A DNA stretch of 64,000 nt from Candidatus Spongiisociaceae bacterium (GTDB taxonomy: Bacteria > Actinomycetota > Acidimicrobiia > Spongiisociales > Spongiisociaceae), in NCBI GenBank assembly GCA_965262915.1, contig OZ253564.1, positions 1,088,001-1,152,000 on the forward strand, in the 5' to 3' direction. This document shows positions 1 to 10,152 of the stretch, piece after piece; the first letter of the stretch is position 1, and the number at the start of each line of letters is the position of its first letter. Under the pieces are notes generated by a model. The model did not search any database, was not told the DNA's origin, and saw only the letters and a list, made by a program, of their open reading frames with translations. The translations under genes and the position numbers were made by a program.

Positions 1-2
1 CC

Positions 3-1526
3 GACGACCCGGTTCTTCACCGCGCCTACGAAGAGGGACTGGCCGCCGCCACCGAGCAGATCGGGCAGACCCATCCGCTGCTGATCAACGGTGAGAAACG
101 GTACACCGACGAGACTTACACGGAACGTTCTCCGATCGACTCGGAACTGGTGGTGGGTGTCTATTCGCAGGCTTCCGACGACGATGTGGACGAGGCCGTT
201 GCTACTGCTCGTGCCTTCCAGGCCGAGTGGGAGGCGACCCCATGGCAGGAGAGACTGGCCATCATCCGCCGGGCGGCGGCAATCGTCGAGGAGGAGACCC
301 CCACCCTGGCCGGTTTCCTGAGTCTCGAGATCGGAAAGAACCGGCTCGAGGCGCTGGGAGATGTCTCCGAAGCAGTGGCATTCGCCAACTACTACTGCGA
401 CCGGCTGGAGGAGTCCGGCGGGTTGTCGACCGCCATGGGACAGTACGGGGTCGGGGACACCAACCATTCGGTCTTGCGGCCCTGGGGTGTCTGGGCGGTC
501 ATCTCTCCCTTCAACTTCCCGATGGCGCTGGTTGCAAGCCCCACTTCGGCAGCTCTGCTGACCGGCAACACCGTGGTGCTGAAGCCGTCGAACAGCGGAG
601 CCCTGGGCGCGTTGCTGCTGGCCGACATCTACTTCCGGGCCGGGCTGCCCGCAGGTGCCTTGCAGGTGGTAACCGGCGGCGACGGGGCGGGTGACCGGCT
701 CGCTCATCACGACCATGTGGACGGGATCACCTTCACCGGCTCCCACGACGTCGGAATGTATCTGTACAGGACGGTGGCGAGCGGTCGTCCCAAGCCCGTA
801 GTGTGCGAGATGGGCGGGAAGAACCCGGCGGTGGTGACGGCCACGGCCGATCTCGATCTGGCTGCTGAAGGGGTCATGCGGGCCGCCTTCGGCCTATCGG
901 GACAGAAGTGCTCGGCCAACTCCCGCGTATATGTGGAGCAGCCCGCCTTCCAAGAGTTCCTCGACCTTCTCACCGAGAAGACCAGTGAGGTCCAGGTGGG
1001 AGACCCTCGCCATCGCGAGACCTTCGTGGGGCCGGTCATCGACGATGAAGCGGTCGACCGTTTCCGCTCGGCAGTGGAAGCCGTGAAAGAGGCCGGAGGC
1101 GAGATCCTGTCCGGCGGCGAGGTGGTCACCGAAGGTGATCTGGCGCGGGGCCACTTCGTGCAACCCACGGTGGTGACCGCACCCCAGGAGGCCTGGATCT
1201 GGGAGAAGGAGTTGTTCGTGCCGTTCGTGGCGGTGACCGCGGTGGACTCCCTGGACGAGGGAATCGACAAGGCCAACGACACGGTCTTCGGGCTCACAGC
1301 CGGAGTTTTTGCCGGCACCGACGAGGAAGTGGATCGGTTCTTCCAGCGGATCCAGGCCGGCGTCGTGTATGCCAACCGGCGGGCCGGGTCGACCACCGGG
1401 GCGTGGCCGGACATCCAGCCGTTCGGCGGTTGGAAGGGTTCGGGCACCTCGGGCGCCGGCAGCGGCGGCCCCTGGTACATGCGTTCCTACGTGCGCGAGC
1501 AGGCCCGCACGCTGATCAGGGAGTGA
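3..1526 (+). CDS. Aldehyde dehydrogenase (P5C/glutamate-semialdehyde dehydrogenase-like), 5'-partial
   Basis: SPFNFP, FTGS, EMGGKN, GQKCSA and QPFGG motifs; the frame is open back to the window start. Confidence 0.9.
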   Translation, partial: DDPVLHRAYEEGLAAATEQIGQTHPLLINGEKRYTDETYTERSPIDSELVVGVYSQASDDDVDEAVATARAFQAEWEATPWQERLAIIRRAAAIVEEETPTLAGFLSLEIGKNRLEALGDVSEAVAFANYYCDRLEESGGLSTAMGQYGVGDTNHSVLRPWGVWAVISPFNFPMALVASPTSAALLTGNTVVLKPSNSGALGALLLADIYFRAGLPAGALQVVTGGDGAGDRLAHHDHVDGITFTGSHDVGMYLYRTVASGRPKPVVCEMGGKNPAVVTATADLDLAAEGVMRAAFGLSGQKCSANSRVYVEQPAFQEFLDLLTEKTSEVQVGDPRHRETFVGPVIDDEAVDRFRSAVEAVKEAGGEILSGGEVVTEGDLARGHFVQPTVVTAPQEAWIWEKELFVPFVAVTAVDSLDEGIDKANDTVFGLTAGVFAGTDEEVDRFFQRIQAGVVYANRRAGSTTGAWPDIQPFGGWKGSGTSGAGSGGPWYMRSYVREQARTLIRE

Positions 1527-1539
1527 TCCCCTGATCAGC
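1511..1539 (+). terminator. Perfect 11-bp hairpin over the ALDH stop codon
   Basis: GCTGATCAGGG-N7-CCCTGATCAGC; no U-tract. Confidence 0.35.
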
Positions 1540-1745
1540 TCCGGCGCATCGGACCTCCTCTACGGGCACTTCTGTTCGGCGTGACCAAGAGACCAGCACA
1601 CCGGCTCCCGCCAGAACTCTGATCCCAAGGCTGCTACCTGGATCCGGCCCACCTAGATGGTTAGTTCCTAGCCCTGATTCTTCAGACCCGTCGCGACGCA
1701 TGGCCTGCCTGCGGTCACGATGCCGACGCCGGAAGGAGACCTTCG

Positions 1746-1982
1746 ATGGGCGTCACCCTCTTCTACAACACTGAGTGCCCCGACTGTGCCCGCCGGGCGA
1801 GGCGCACCGCCAGGCTGGACTGGCTGCGCCGGGTGCGGATATTCACCGACGATTCCCCGATGGGCCCCGTGTCCCGCGGCCCTACGGGCTACTGCTCCAC
1901 ATCCCACCCGTCCGGCGGATCGCCGGTCGTGGCAAACAGGGCTGCAATGGTGACGCCTCAAGGTCTGACCTGTGGCTGGTAG
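1746..1982 (+). pseudogene. Truncated DCC1/DUF393 thiol-disulfide oxidoreductase-like gene
   Basis: RBS ggag; LFYNTECPDC...LDW N-terminus; resemblance is lost after about 45 aa. Confidence 0.5.
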
Positions 1983-2020
1983 CCCGTAGCCCGCGACCCG
2001 TTGAATATCAAACCCATCAC

Positions 2021-2072
2021 TAACACCTAATACCTAACACCTAGCACCTAATACCTAACACCTAACACCTAA
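2021..2072. repeat. Heptamer tandem repeat, 7 units of TA(A/G)(C/T)ACC
   Basis: taacacc taatacc taacacc tagcacc taatacc taacacc taacacc taa. Confidence 0.9.
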
Positions 2073-3265
2073 AGGTGGTCCAGGCTCCTCTTCACGAACT
2101 TGCGATCGAGGGATAGGGGCGAATCGTCCAACCGCCCGGTGATCAAGTCGGCCAGGATGCGGCCCCCCGCCGGGGAGCACATGATGCCGTGCCCGGAATA
2201 ACCGGTGTTCACCCACAGTCCGTCGATCGGGGTCCGACCGATCAGGGGACGGTGGTCGGGGGTCATGGTGTACTGCCCGGAGTGAACCATCCACGAGAAC
2301 TCCCCGCCCCTCCAAGCCTGTCCCCAGAAGGGACTGATCCGGGCCGCGGCCTCCGACCGGGAGGGATCCAGCACCCGGAAGGCCATGTCGTGGTCGGGAG
2401 GGACATCCTCCACGGGCTCCCTGCCCGGTCCTCCGGGGGCAGCGTCCAGGACATGGGCCCCCGAAAGGACGGGACGCCAATGCACCCCCGTGTCGTCATC
2501 GATGGTCATCGGGGCGTCGGGTGGCACCCGGGCCAGGTCGGGAACCACCACCTTGTGGCGCGGCTTCACCTCCAGCGGCAGGTCCACCCCTGCGAGAGCG
2601 GCCAGCTTCACGGAGAAGGGTCCGGCGGCGATCACCACCTGCTCGGCCCGGATGAGACCCTGATCGGTGCCGACGTCGAAACCCCCCGAGGGGCGATCCC
2701 TGAGCGACACCACCCGGCATGAGGTGTGGAGAGGGGCTCCCGACGCCCGAAGCAGCCCCAGTGTCAGAGCCCTGGGATCGACGAAGCCGTCGCCCGCCCG
2801 GTAGCGGGCTTGGACCACTTCGGGGCTGAGGTACGGGAACCTGCGGTGGGCCTCGTCGCCGGTGAGGAGCTCGATGTCGGTCTGCCCCCAGGAGTGCTGC
2901 AGAGCCACCAGCCGTCGCTGCGCCTCGGCCCGTTCCTCGGAGGTGGTCGCCCAGATGTATCCCGGCTGCCGTACTCCCAACGGCCCGGAGTCCTGCCCGG
3001 TGATTCCAGAGAAGTCGAGGATGAGATCCACCGACTCCCGCACCAGTTCGGTCTCCTCCAGGTTGTCGAACTGCAGGCGGAACGCGCCGGTGGCGACGGG
3101 GGTGGTGAGTGCGGCCGGGGCGGGCAGAGCTTCCAGAACCACCGGCGACAGCCCGGCCCGGGCCACCCAGAACGCTGTGGATGCGCCCACTATCCCGGCG
3201 CCGATTATCAGCAGTTCAACTCCCGCCGGCAGGCCACCGTCTTCCTTGCACACCATCGCCACCAA
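2069..3265 (-). CDS. FAD-dependent oxidoreductase (DAO/sarcosine oxidase beta family)
   Basis: IIGAGIVG Rossmann motif, TPDHRPLIG, GYSGHG; exact start uncertain. Confidence 0.9.
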   Translation of the reverse strand: MVAMVCKEDGGLPAGVELLIIGAGIVGASTAFWVARAGLSPVVLEALPAPAALTTPVATGAFRLQFDNLEETELVRESVDLILDFSGITGQDSGPLGVRQPGYIWATTSEERAEAQRRLVALQHSWGQTDIELLTGDEAHRRFPYLSPEVVQARYRAGDGFVDPRALTLGLLRASGAPLHTSCRVVSLRDRPSGGFDVGTDQGLIRAEQVVIAAGPFSVKLAALAGVDLPLEVKPRHKVVVPDLARVPPDAPMTIDDDTGVHWRPVLSGAHVLDAAPGGPGREPVEDVPPDHDMAFRVLDPSRSEAAARISPFWGQAWRGGEFSWMVHSGQYTMTPDHRPLIGRTPIDGLWVNTGYSGHGIMCSPAGGRILADLITGRLDDSPLSLDRKFVKRSLDHL

Positions 3266-3586
3266 GCTAGTTGGGGAAATGACAAAGCCGCAAAGAGGGT
3301 GGCCTGCCGGGAGAGTGACGCTAGCCGAGCGGTATCCAACTCGGCTTGAAGCTGGCGGAATCGGCCGTTCCGGCTGGGCCGTTTCCTAAGCCGAAGGCCC
3401 CCTCGTTGAAGGATGATCAGGCAGCTTCTGTACAAGCCTCATCTATTTCTTGGCTTTCCAAAGCTCGGGATCCTGCTCGAGAACCGGGGCGGTCCAATAG
3501 CCCTATAGTTCGGTGCAGCAGGTCAAGGCCAGGCTCAATCCAGGTACGCGACGCTAGCCGCCCAGGGTTGAGGCTAGGAGGAGGGC

Positions 3587-4561
3587 ATGATGGTTCAACA
3601 ACCATCCGATGGTGCACACCCGCCGCGGGAAGAGTCGAGAACGGCTGCCGACCAGTTCTTCTTCAACGCCACCCTTGGCTCGAACCAGTTGTGGCGGTGG
3701 GTTCTGGGCATAGTCGTGATCCTCCTGATGTGGATAGGTATTGGCAGTATCGTTTTGGGTATCGCCGGGTGTGCATTCCTGAGAGCGACCAACGCTTTTG
3801 GGATCTCATGTCCGGAGGGCGTGGGAATCACGGGCGATGGCTCGCTAACGGCACGCCTTATTATTGCGGGTTTGGGATTCGTCGTGGGACTGGTGGGTAT
3901 ATGGGGAGTGGTGCGACTCATTCATAAGAAGCCGTTGAGGCGGGTAGCCACTGGAAGGTCATCCTTCGACTGCAACCGGTACCTGTACGCCATGGTCGTA
4001 GCGCTAATCGTTTCCCTCGTGGTGTTCGCTGTTAATAGGTTCATTCTTCGGTTGGATATGACCTTCCAGGAGCCCGGCTGGGAGTACCTGATCTTCGTCG
4101 TGTTCGCACTCTTGCTCGTTCCTGTCCAGACTGGTGTTGAAGAACTCTTATTCCGTGGGTACATACTGCAGGGCATAATGCTTCTCGTTAAGAAAAAGGT
4201 GGTGCTCGCCTTAGTCTCAGGAGCTATTTTCGCTCTACCGCACCTCACCAATCCAGAGGCGTCAGCCTACGGGTTCGCGCCCTATGTTGTCGCGTTGGTG
4301 TCCTTTGGAGTTTTCTTTGGATTGATGACGCTGCTTGATGGTGGAATCGAATTGGCGGCGGGCTACCACGCGGTTAATAACCTATTCATGGGTCTAGTAG
4401 TGAACACCGACTCAGCGGTGATAGTAACCCCTTCATTGTTTACGATCCAGCGCGATGGATACGATCTGTTTCCGCATGTCTCCATAGACGTCCTCGGTCT
4501 CTTGCTTGCACTAGCAATCCTCAACCACAAGTACAAGTGGGTCAAGCTCTCTCGAAAGTGA
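3587..4561 (+). CDS. CPBP family intramembrane glutamic endopeptidase (CAAX/Abi)
   Basis: EELLFRG, FALPH and HAVNN motifs; multiple TM segments; RBS aggag. Confidence 0.9.
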   Translation: MMVQQPSDGAHPPREESRTAADQFFFNATLGSNQLWRWVLGIVVILLMWIGIGSIVLGIAGCAFLRATNAFGISCPEGVGITGDGSLTARLIIAGLGFVVGLVGIWGVVRLIHKKPLRRVATGRSSFDCNRYLYAMVVALIVSLVVFAVNRFILRLDMTFQEPGWEYLIFVVFALLLVPVQTGVEELLFRGYILQGIMLLVKKKVVLALVSGAIFALPHLTNPEASAYGFAPYVVALVSFGVFFGLMTLLDGGIELAAGYHAVNNLFMGLVVNTDSAVIVTPSLFTIQRDGYDLFPHVSIDVLGLLLALAILNHKYKWVKLSRK

Positions 4562-4712
4562 CGTTCCCTACTTGATACACCCGTCCCCCCGAGGGTGAAG
4601 GGTTCCGGACCAGAGCGGCCACTGGAAGCCGGCGCGAGAACCGTCACCTCTTCGATTACGCAAGAGCTTCGGTGTGGCATGTTCTTCGATGCCGTCCAGG
4701 CTGGATCGGGTC

Positions 4713-5183
4713 TCAGCCCTCGCAGGCGATCAATCCCGCCGGATCGGAGAAGATCCCATTGGCGTACTGCACCTCTCGCACGTAGCACACGATCTTGTCC
4801 ACCTCCTCAGGTGACAAGCCCGGTACAGGGTTCATATCGCCGAATTGCCAATGGTGCTGGGACGATCCTTGGTTCACAGCAAGGTGGAAACTGAAGTCGG
4901 CGTGATGGCCGGGCTCGTAGATAGGGTCTATCAACGGCGGACCCTGCGACGACCCGCCCGCAGTGGCACCATGACACTCCGAGCAGCTGGCGGTGAACAG
5001 TTCGGCGCCCTCACTAGCTACGGCCGACAGGTCGGGTACGGTTATTGCGGCTGTCTGGGAGTCAGGCGTATCGGCAGTCGAGTCTTCACCGTCCTCGGAT
5101 CCTGAACACCCCACCAACAAAACACAGACCAAGACGGGGAGCAGGACCGATCGGTGCCCCCGAGGTAGTCGCCTACCGACCAT
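4713..5183 (-). CDS. c-type cytochrome lipoprotein
   Basis: Lipobox LVGC, heme motif CSECH, distal Met in GDMNP; RBS gggag before ATG 5183. Confidence 0.85.
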   Translation of the reverse strand: MVGRRLPRGHRSVLLPVLVCVLLVGCSGSEDGEDSTADTPDSQTAAITVPDLSAVASEGAELFTASCSECHGATAGGSSQGPPLIDPIYEPGHHADFSFHLAVNQGSSQHHWQFGDMNPVPGLSPEEVDKIVCYVREVQYANGIFSDPAGLIACEG

Positions 5184-5523
5184 CTGTTGATTGCTCCCCG
5201 CGTTGTCGTCTTCCCGATCGGATCGCTGCTTGGGACACTTGATCAGTCCACAGCCAGAGCAGCATGCCCCGGACCCCTGTGGAATCGACGCCCCGCCAGC
5301 TGGCAAACTCCATTTTCGGGCCCTTCCTGATCGGGTGCGATGTTCATCCTAGGAGAATGCCGAGAACGGGTGAATGGTTGCCACGTCAGCGGACGACGGG
5401 CCGTTGCTCCCCACCGTTTTGGACCACCCTCCTAGGCGAGCTGGAAACCCACGCTGCCTGGCCGGGCGGTACCTCCCCGGTTGGGAGGTCGGCTGGGTTC
5501 CATGAGTAGTCAAGATGTCGTTC

Positions 5524-6942
5524 TCAGCGGTTGGGGGTGATCCTTCCCTGATTCTGGGGAAGCCGCAACGACACGGTGACACCCTCTCCGAGGCCGTCGC
5601 TTGTTATGGTGATCGTGCCCCCGTGTGCTTCGACTATGGCTCGGGTGATGGCCAATCCCAGACCTGTGCCGCCTATCCAACGACTTCGAGACTGGTCGGT
5701 ACGGTAGGAGCGGTCGAAGACATGAGGCAGGTCTGCAGGATGGATACCTATCCCGTCATCGATGATCGAGATGGCCAACGTCTCGTTGGCTTCTAACCCC
5801 GCCTTTAGCACGATGGTCCCGCCGGCGTCGGTGTAATGAATGGCGTTGCTCAGGACGTTTCCCAATGCCTGGCTCATGCGTATCCGGTCGAGGTCCATAT
5901 CTGGTAGGTCGGTGGATGCCTGTAGCGACATTGTAACCTGTCGAGTCTGAGCTTGTGGCAGCCAGCGCTCTACCTCGGCGGTGAGTAGTCTGTGAATCGA
6001 TGTTGATTCGCGTGTGAGTCTCGACTCGCCATAGTCGGTCTCCGCAATCCAGTTCAGATCGCTTACGAGACCGTGTAGCCGATCTACCTCCTCGACGATG
6101 TGGTCGGCCGCGTTCTCAGGCGTCTGGAGTCCATCGCGTAGCCCTTCAGCCTCTAGCTGTATAACGCTCAGTGGTGTATTCAGCTCATGAGAGACATCGG
6201 TTATCAGCCGCCTACGCAGATCACGCTGAGCCTCCAAGGTGGCGGTCATCTGGTTGAAAGCCGCGCTCATCTGGCCCAACTCGTCCGAGGATGTGACTGG
6301 TAGCCGGGTCGTATCCCCCTGAGCGATTGCCTGGGTTGCCTCCGATAGAGCCGTAACAGGTGCTGTGATACGTCTGGATAACCAAACGGCGAGCAGAATC
6401 GCAGCCCCACCTGCCAGCGTACCGCCGATGACGCTAAGAGACAGAAGCGTGTTGAGGAATCCATGTGACTCCGTCGATAGGAATTCATGGTTTATGTCTA
6501 CGTAGACATAGCCTACGGGCAGGTTCGTAGTTAGATCGAACACCGTCTCCCGATACCCGTCCAGGTCGGGTGCGGTGGTACCGGCTGTCAGCACAGAGAA
6601 GTTGTCCTTCACCACACGTCCGTCGACATCGGCGATGACGACTCGTATCGGATCTATGTGGAAGGATTCTCTCTCACTCTCTTCAGATCCCTCCCTGTGC
6701 CGCTCCTTCTCGTAGATGTAGCCGGCCTCGGACAGCGGCCTGTCCACGGTCTCCCACCCGCCGGTGGTGGTGTACTCCCGACTCAGATTCTGAGCTAACT
6801 GGCTCGCCTCATCATTACGTATCTCGTCCACGAAGACACCGAGGCGGGACTGCGTCGTGTAATAGCCCACACCAACGCTGATCAAGACGGTAGGAACGAT
6901 CACATAGACGAGCGATCTCAGGATTCGCCAGCGTAGCGACAT
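5524..6942 (-). CDS. Sensor histidine kinase (HAMP-HisKA-HATPase, BaeS-like)
   Basis: Two TM segments, DELG, HELNTP, NAIHY, DDGIGI, GTGLGL. Confidence 0.95.
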   Translation of the reverse strand: MSLRWRILRSLVYVIVPTVLISVGVGYYTTQSRLGVFVDEIRNDEASQLAQNLSREYTTTGGWETVDRPLSEAGYIYEKERHREGSEESERESFHIDPIRVVIADVDGRVVKDNFSVLTAGTTAPDLDGYRETVFDLTTNLPVGYVYVDINHEFLSTESHGFLNTLLSLSVIGGTLAGGAAILLAVWLSRRITAPVTALSEATQAIAQGDTTRLPVTSSDELGQMSAAFNQMTATLEAQRDLRRRLITDVSHELNTPLSVIQLEAEGLRDGLQTPENAADHIVEEVDRLHGLVSDLNWIAETDYGESRLTRESTSIHRLLTAEVERWLPQAQTRQVTMSLQASTDLPDMDLDRIRMSQALGNVLSNAIHYTDAGGTIVLKAGLEANETLAISIIDDGIGIHPADLPHVFDRSYRTDQSRSRWIGGTGLGLAITRAIVEAHGGTITITSDGLGEGVTVSLRLPQNQGRITPNR

Positions 6943-7616
6943 CAGTCGTCATCCACCACGAATTTGTAGCCAGCACCGTAGACAGTCTGAATAGGCTGCC
7001 TACCGTCTCGGCCGATCTGTTTTCGTAGACGAGCGATCCGGCTGTCGATGGCGCGGTCGAACGCATAGAATTCGTTGAACGTCAGCGAGATAAGCTGCTC
7101 ACGGGTGAGCACCTGGTTGGGATGACGCATCAACGTTGACAGAAGAGCAAGTTGAGACTCGCTCAACATCACGGGCTCGTCATCGATCGTCACAGTCCGG
7201 GTGGTCTCATTAAGAGTGATATTGCTGCGTTGCAGAACCTGCTGAACCCGGCCGCCGGCACGACGAAGCACAGCGTCGGCTCGCGCTATGAGTTCCGCAG
7301 GATCGAAGGGCTTGACGACGTAATCATCAGCTCCGCTCTGCAGTCCGATGACTCGCTCGGTGTGGGCTTCTCTGGCCGTAAGCATGATTATCGGAACGTC
7401 TGACTCGCTACGCAGGATCCTGCATAGTTCTACGCCATCGAGACGAGGAAGCATCAGATCGAGGATTATCAGGTCTGGAGTCAGAGCTCGGGCTAGGACC
7501 AGACCGGATTCACCATCATGAGCAACCTCAGTAGAGAATCCGGCCCGGGCGAAATACACCTTGACCCAGTTCGCGATCCTCCGATCGTCTTCGATTATCA
7601 ATACTATGCCGCTCAT
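6942..7616 (-). CDS. OmpR-family response regulator
   Basis: EDD, DLMLP, KPF receiver motifs; winged helix with TVYGAGY; overlaps kinase start. Confidence 0.95.
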   Translation of the reverse strand: MSGIVLIIEDDRRIANWVKVYFARAGFSTEVAHDGESGLVLARALTPDLIILDLMLPRLDGVELCRILRSESDVPIIMLTAREAHTERVIGLQSGADDYVVKPFDPAELIARADAVLRRAGGRVQQVLQRSNITLNETTRTVTIDDEPVMLSESQLALLSTLMRHPNQVLTREQLISLTFNEFYAFDRAIDSRIARLRKQIGRDGRQPIQTVYGAGYKFVVDDD

Positions 7617-7751
7617 TGCCAGTCCTCTGAGGAGCCATCATGAACGCTATGCCTCAACAGGGCACCGTGTCCATGCCGGATACGCCCCATGGTCCGATTC
7701 TCCCATCCGAGGCTTCAACAGCCCCCTCGGTCGACTCCGAGCTCTAGCCGC

Positions 7752-8807
7752 CTACTCGCCATCGCCGCCATGCTCTCCGCCATACTCGCCATCGCCGCCA
7801 TGCTCTCCACCAGACTCGTCTGGGCTACTGCCATGCTCTCCGCCCGACTCTTCGCTCGACTGGCTTCCCTCATCCCCCGTACCAGCTTCGGCATGGGCTA
7901 TCCATCCAGTGAACGATTCCGGCGTCGCGGGCAGGTTGATCGCCATCACCTCGCCCGGCGCCATATCCGTCGGCGTTGTCGGACCGAGCTCCGTTCCGTT
8001 CGAAAGGTGCACTTCGATCCTGACCCGGCCCAAGACGCGGTCGGTCGTGTTCTCCACAGTTCCCCGAAATGAGTTGCTCGGAGCGTCGTAGTTCAGGTTC
8101 AGTCGGGCCCCGCCACGAACTGCGTCAAAGGTCTCATCCAGTCCCAACGTAGCGCCGCTACCTTCTTCGCTCCCAGCTCCAGATTCATGGCCGCTCTCAC
8201 TGCCGTCTCCTTCGGTATCTTCGCCCCCAGCGTGAGGCGCAGGCCCGGGGCCGCTGCAGTCAAACACTTCCATGTGGATGACGTATCCGTCGTAGGCAAC
8301 TCCGGCAAGTCCCGGTTCACTGGCTACTGTCAGACGCGACGTTGCTTCCTGTCCAGGGTTCAGGTCTCCTAGCTTCTCAGGACCGAGCTCTCCTACTGTC
8401 TTCGTTCCCAACTTCAGGTGAGGCTCGGCCTGTACGTAGCAGAGTTTCTGCGAGAGCGTGTTTCGTACCGTCCCGTGGATGGACTCGGTCGCTGCGTCAT
8501 ACTGCATGGAAACAGCTAATCCGCCGAGACCACCGGTCCACGACTCTCCGAGAGGAGTGATGGGGCTCGACATAGCTGCTTCACCGCCCTCTCCGCCGCT
8601 GCCTTCGCCGCCGCTGCCTTCGCTGCCTTCGCCGCCGCTGCCATGCTCACCCCCGGACTCGCCTCCTTCTTGCTCGGCGATGCCCTGATCACGATCCTCT
8701 CCCACTCCGGTATCCACCGTGCAGCCATTGATCACCACCGCAGTCAATGCTGCCCCTAGGACCAACCCAACCCGGACCCTCTGTGTTGCCAGTGTCCTGC
8801 AAATCAC
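7752..8807 (-). CDS. Secreted lipoprotein with two repeated beta-domains and Gly/Glu/His-rich linkers
   Basis: Signal peptide ending INGC; duplicated YDA..GTVxNT..E.HL..ELGP module; GGEHG repeats. Confidence 0.75.
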   Translation of the reverse strand: MICRTLATQRVRVGLVLGAALTAVVINGCTVDTGVGEDRDQGIAEQEGGESGGEHGSGGEGSEGSGGEGSGGEGGEAAMSSPITPLGESWTGGLGGLAVSMQYDAATESIHGTVRNTLSQKLCYVQAEPHLKLGTKTVGELGPEKLGDLNPGQEATSRLTVASEPGLAGVAYDGYVIHMEVFDCSGPGPAPHAGGEDTEGDGSESGHESGAGSEEGSGATLGLDETFDAVRGGARLNLNYDAPSNSFRGTVENTTDRVLGRVRIEVHLSNGTELGPTTPTDMAPGEVMAINLPATPESFTGWIAHAEAGTGDEGSQSSEESGGEHGSSPDESGGEHGGDGEYGGEHGGDGE

Positions 8808-9152
8808 CGTTCGACCCTTTCGTGCAGTATCTCCGTACTCCTCAACGGTGAGGGTGAAATGTCACAGGAATATGTCATCCATATCCAAAAATCTGTCGTC
8901 GGTAGCCGGAACTTGCCAACGAAGGTATCCGACAAGCCCGAGGAGACAACACCGGTAAGGGCCGTGCCACATCAAACCCCGTCACCTCCGGTGTGCCGCC
9001 TGGTGCGCTCCATACGTGCCCATGGGAGGACGGGACGATCACGTGCGGGGGTGAGAGCGATAGTCGTCGTAGTCGATTTCCCATGCCCAGGTCTTCCGAT
9101 CCGGCGGACACATGCGTGCAGCGCGTTCGTTGGGTCCAGCCGTTTGTGGCCA

Positions 9153-9388
9153 CGACGAATTGTCTGCGCCTCATGGACGAGGTGCAGGAGACCGGAACGG
9201 TGATCGTCGTTACCAAGCACCGCCGGCCGGTCGCGAGGGTGAGCCCTTTCCGCGAGGAGCGGCCCAAGCTGGTCGGGTCATGCAAGGGTCAGCTGCGAAT
9301 CATCGCCGACATCGACAGCGAGCCTGCCATTCCGGCCGATGACTGGGACATGCTCACCCCGGGACCCATCCGGGATCAGGGTGACTGA
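9153..9388 (+). pseudogene. Phd/YefM antitoxin, 5'-truncated copy
   Basis: Near-identical to 26365-26584 but lacks the promoter and N-terminus. Confidence 0.8.
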
Positions 9389-9403
9389 CCGTGAGCGCTG
9401 CCG

Positions 9404-9956
9404 GTGAACCTGCTGCTGGACACCAACGTCCTGTTGCGCCTCGCCAATTGACAGCAGGGAGATCAGCGAGTCATTCAAGGAGGAGGTCGAGTCCGGTCTC
9501 GCAGACGGCGACATTGCTGTTTCCACGGTGACGTTCGTCGAGACCACCTGCCTGCATCATCATGGACGCATCGACTTGCGATGTCATCCCGCCGTTTGGC
9601 GTCGCGAGCGGCTGCGATCAGGCCTGCGGGAGATTCCCATCGATGGCGACATCGCCGTCGAGTCGGTATTGCTGATGAACACCGGATTCCACAACGACCC
9701 CGCCGACCAACTGATCGTTGCTACGGCCATGCCGGCAGGGATGCGCCTCGCCACAACGGATCGACAGATCGTCGGCTGGGCACGGCGAACCCGTCTGCTG
9801 CCGCTGGCAGACCCAACCGCCCGAAGGCGGCAAACGGACCGGTCCGCCTGGCAACCCGCGATGGTGCTGATCCGGGCGCTGCCCGACCACAGGCTCCACG
9901 GCCGGGCGCTTGTACACCGTCGGATCCAACCGCGACTTGTCCCGCCTCGTCCGTAA
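9404..9956 (+). pseudogene. VapC/PIN toxin, frameshifted copy
   Basis: LLLDTN start; frameshift near 9445 relative to the 26623 copy; HNDPADQLIVATA. Confidence 0.8.
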
Positions 9957-9989
9957 AAGTGTCAACCGTACGGTCCCGTTCAGTTTCAT

Positions 9990-10104
9990 CCTGAGCGCGG
10001 CCGTCGCTCCGGTGGCTGGAGTCCTCGATGTCTTCAACGGCGCCGCGCTCGTGGTAGCCGCTACCGTTTCGGTCATGCAGGGTCGATCCCTCCTCCTGGA
10101 CTAG
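9990..10104 (+). pseudogene. Possible 3' remnant of an ABC permease
   Basis: DVFNGAALVVAATVSV resembles sugar ABC permease C-termini; lies just upstream of the operon. Confidence 0.35.
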
Positions 10105-10152
10105 CGCGGTCTTGCGTATCGACGCCATGGTGCCAGCTGCCTCGGAGGGCCC

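Noticed and set aside
8859-8877. ATGTCA direct repeat as an OmpR-type box
   Set aside because: The 13-bp period does not fit the usual 10-11 bp spacing.
9850-9950. IS1182-like remnant (VYKRPAVEPVVGQ, minus strand)
   Set aside because: Too short to support without a search.
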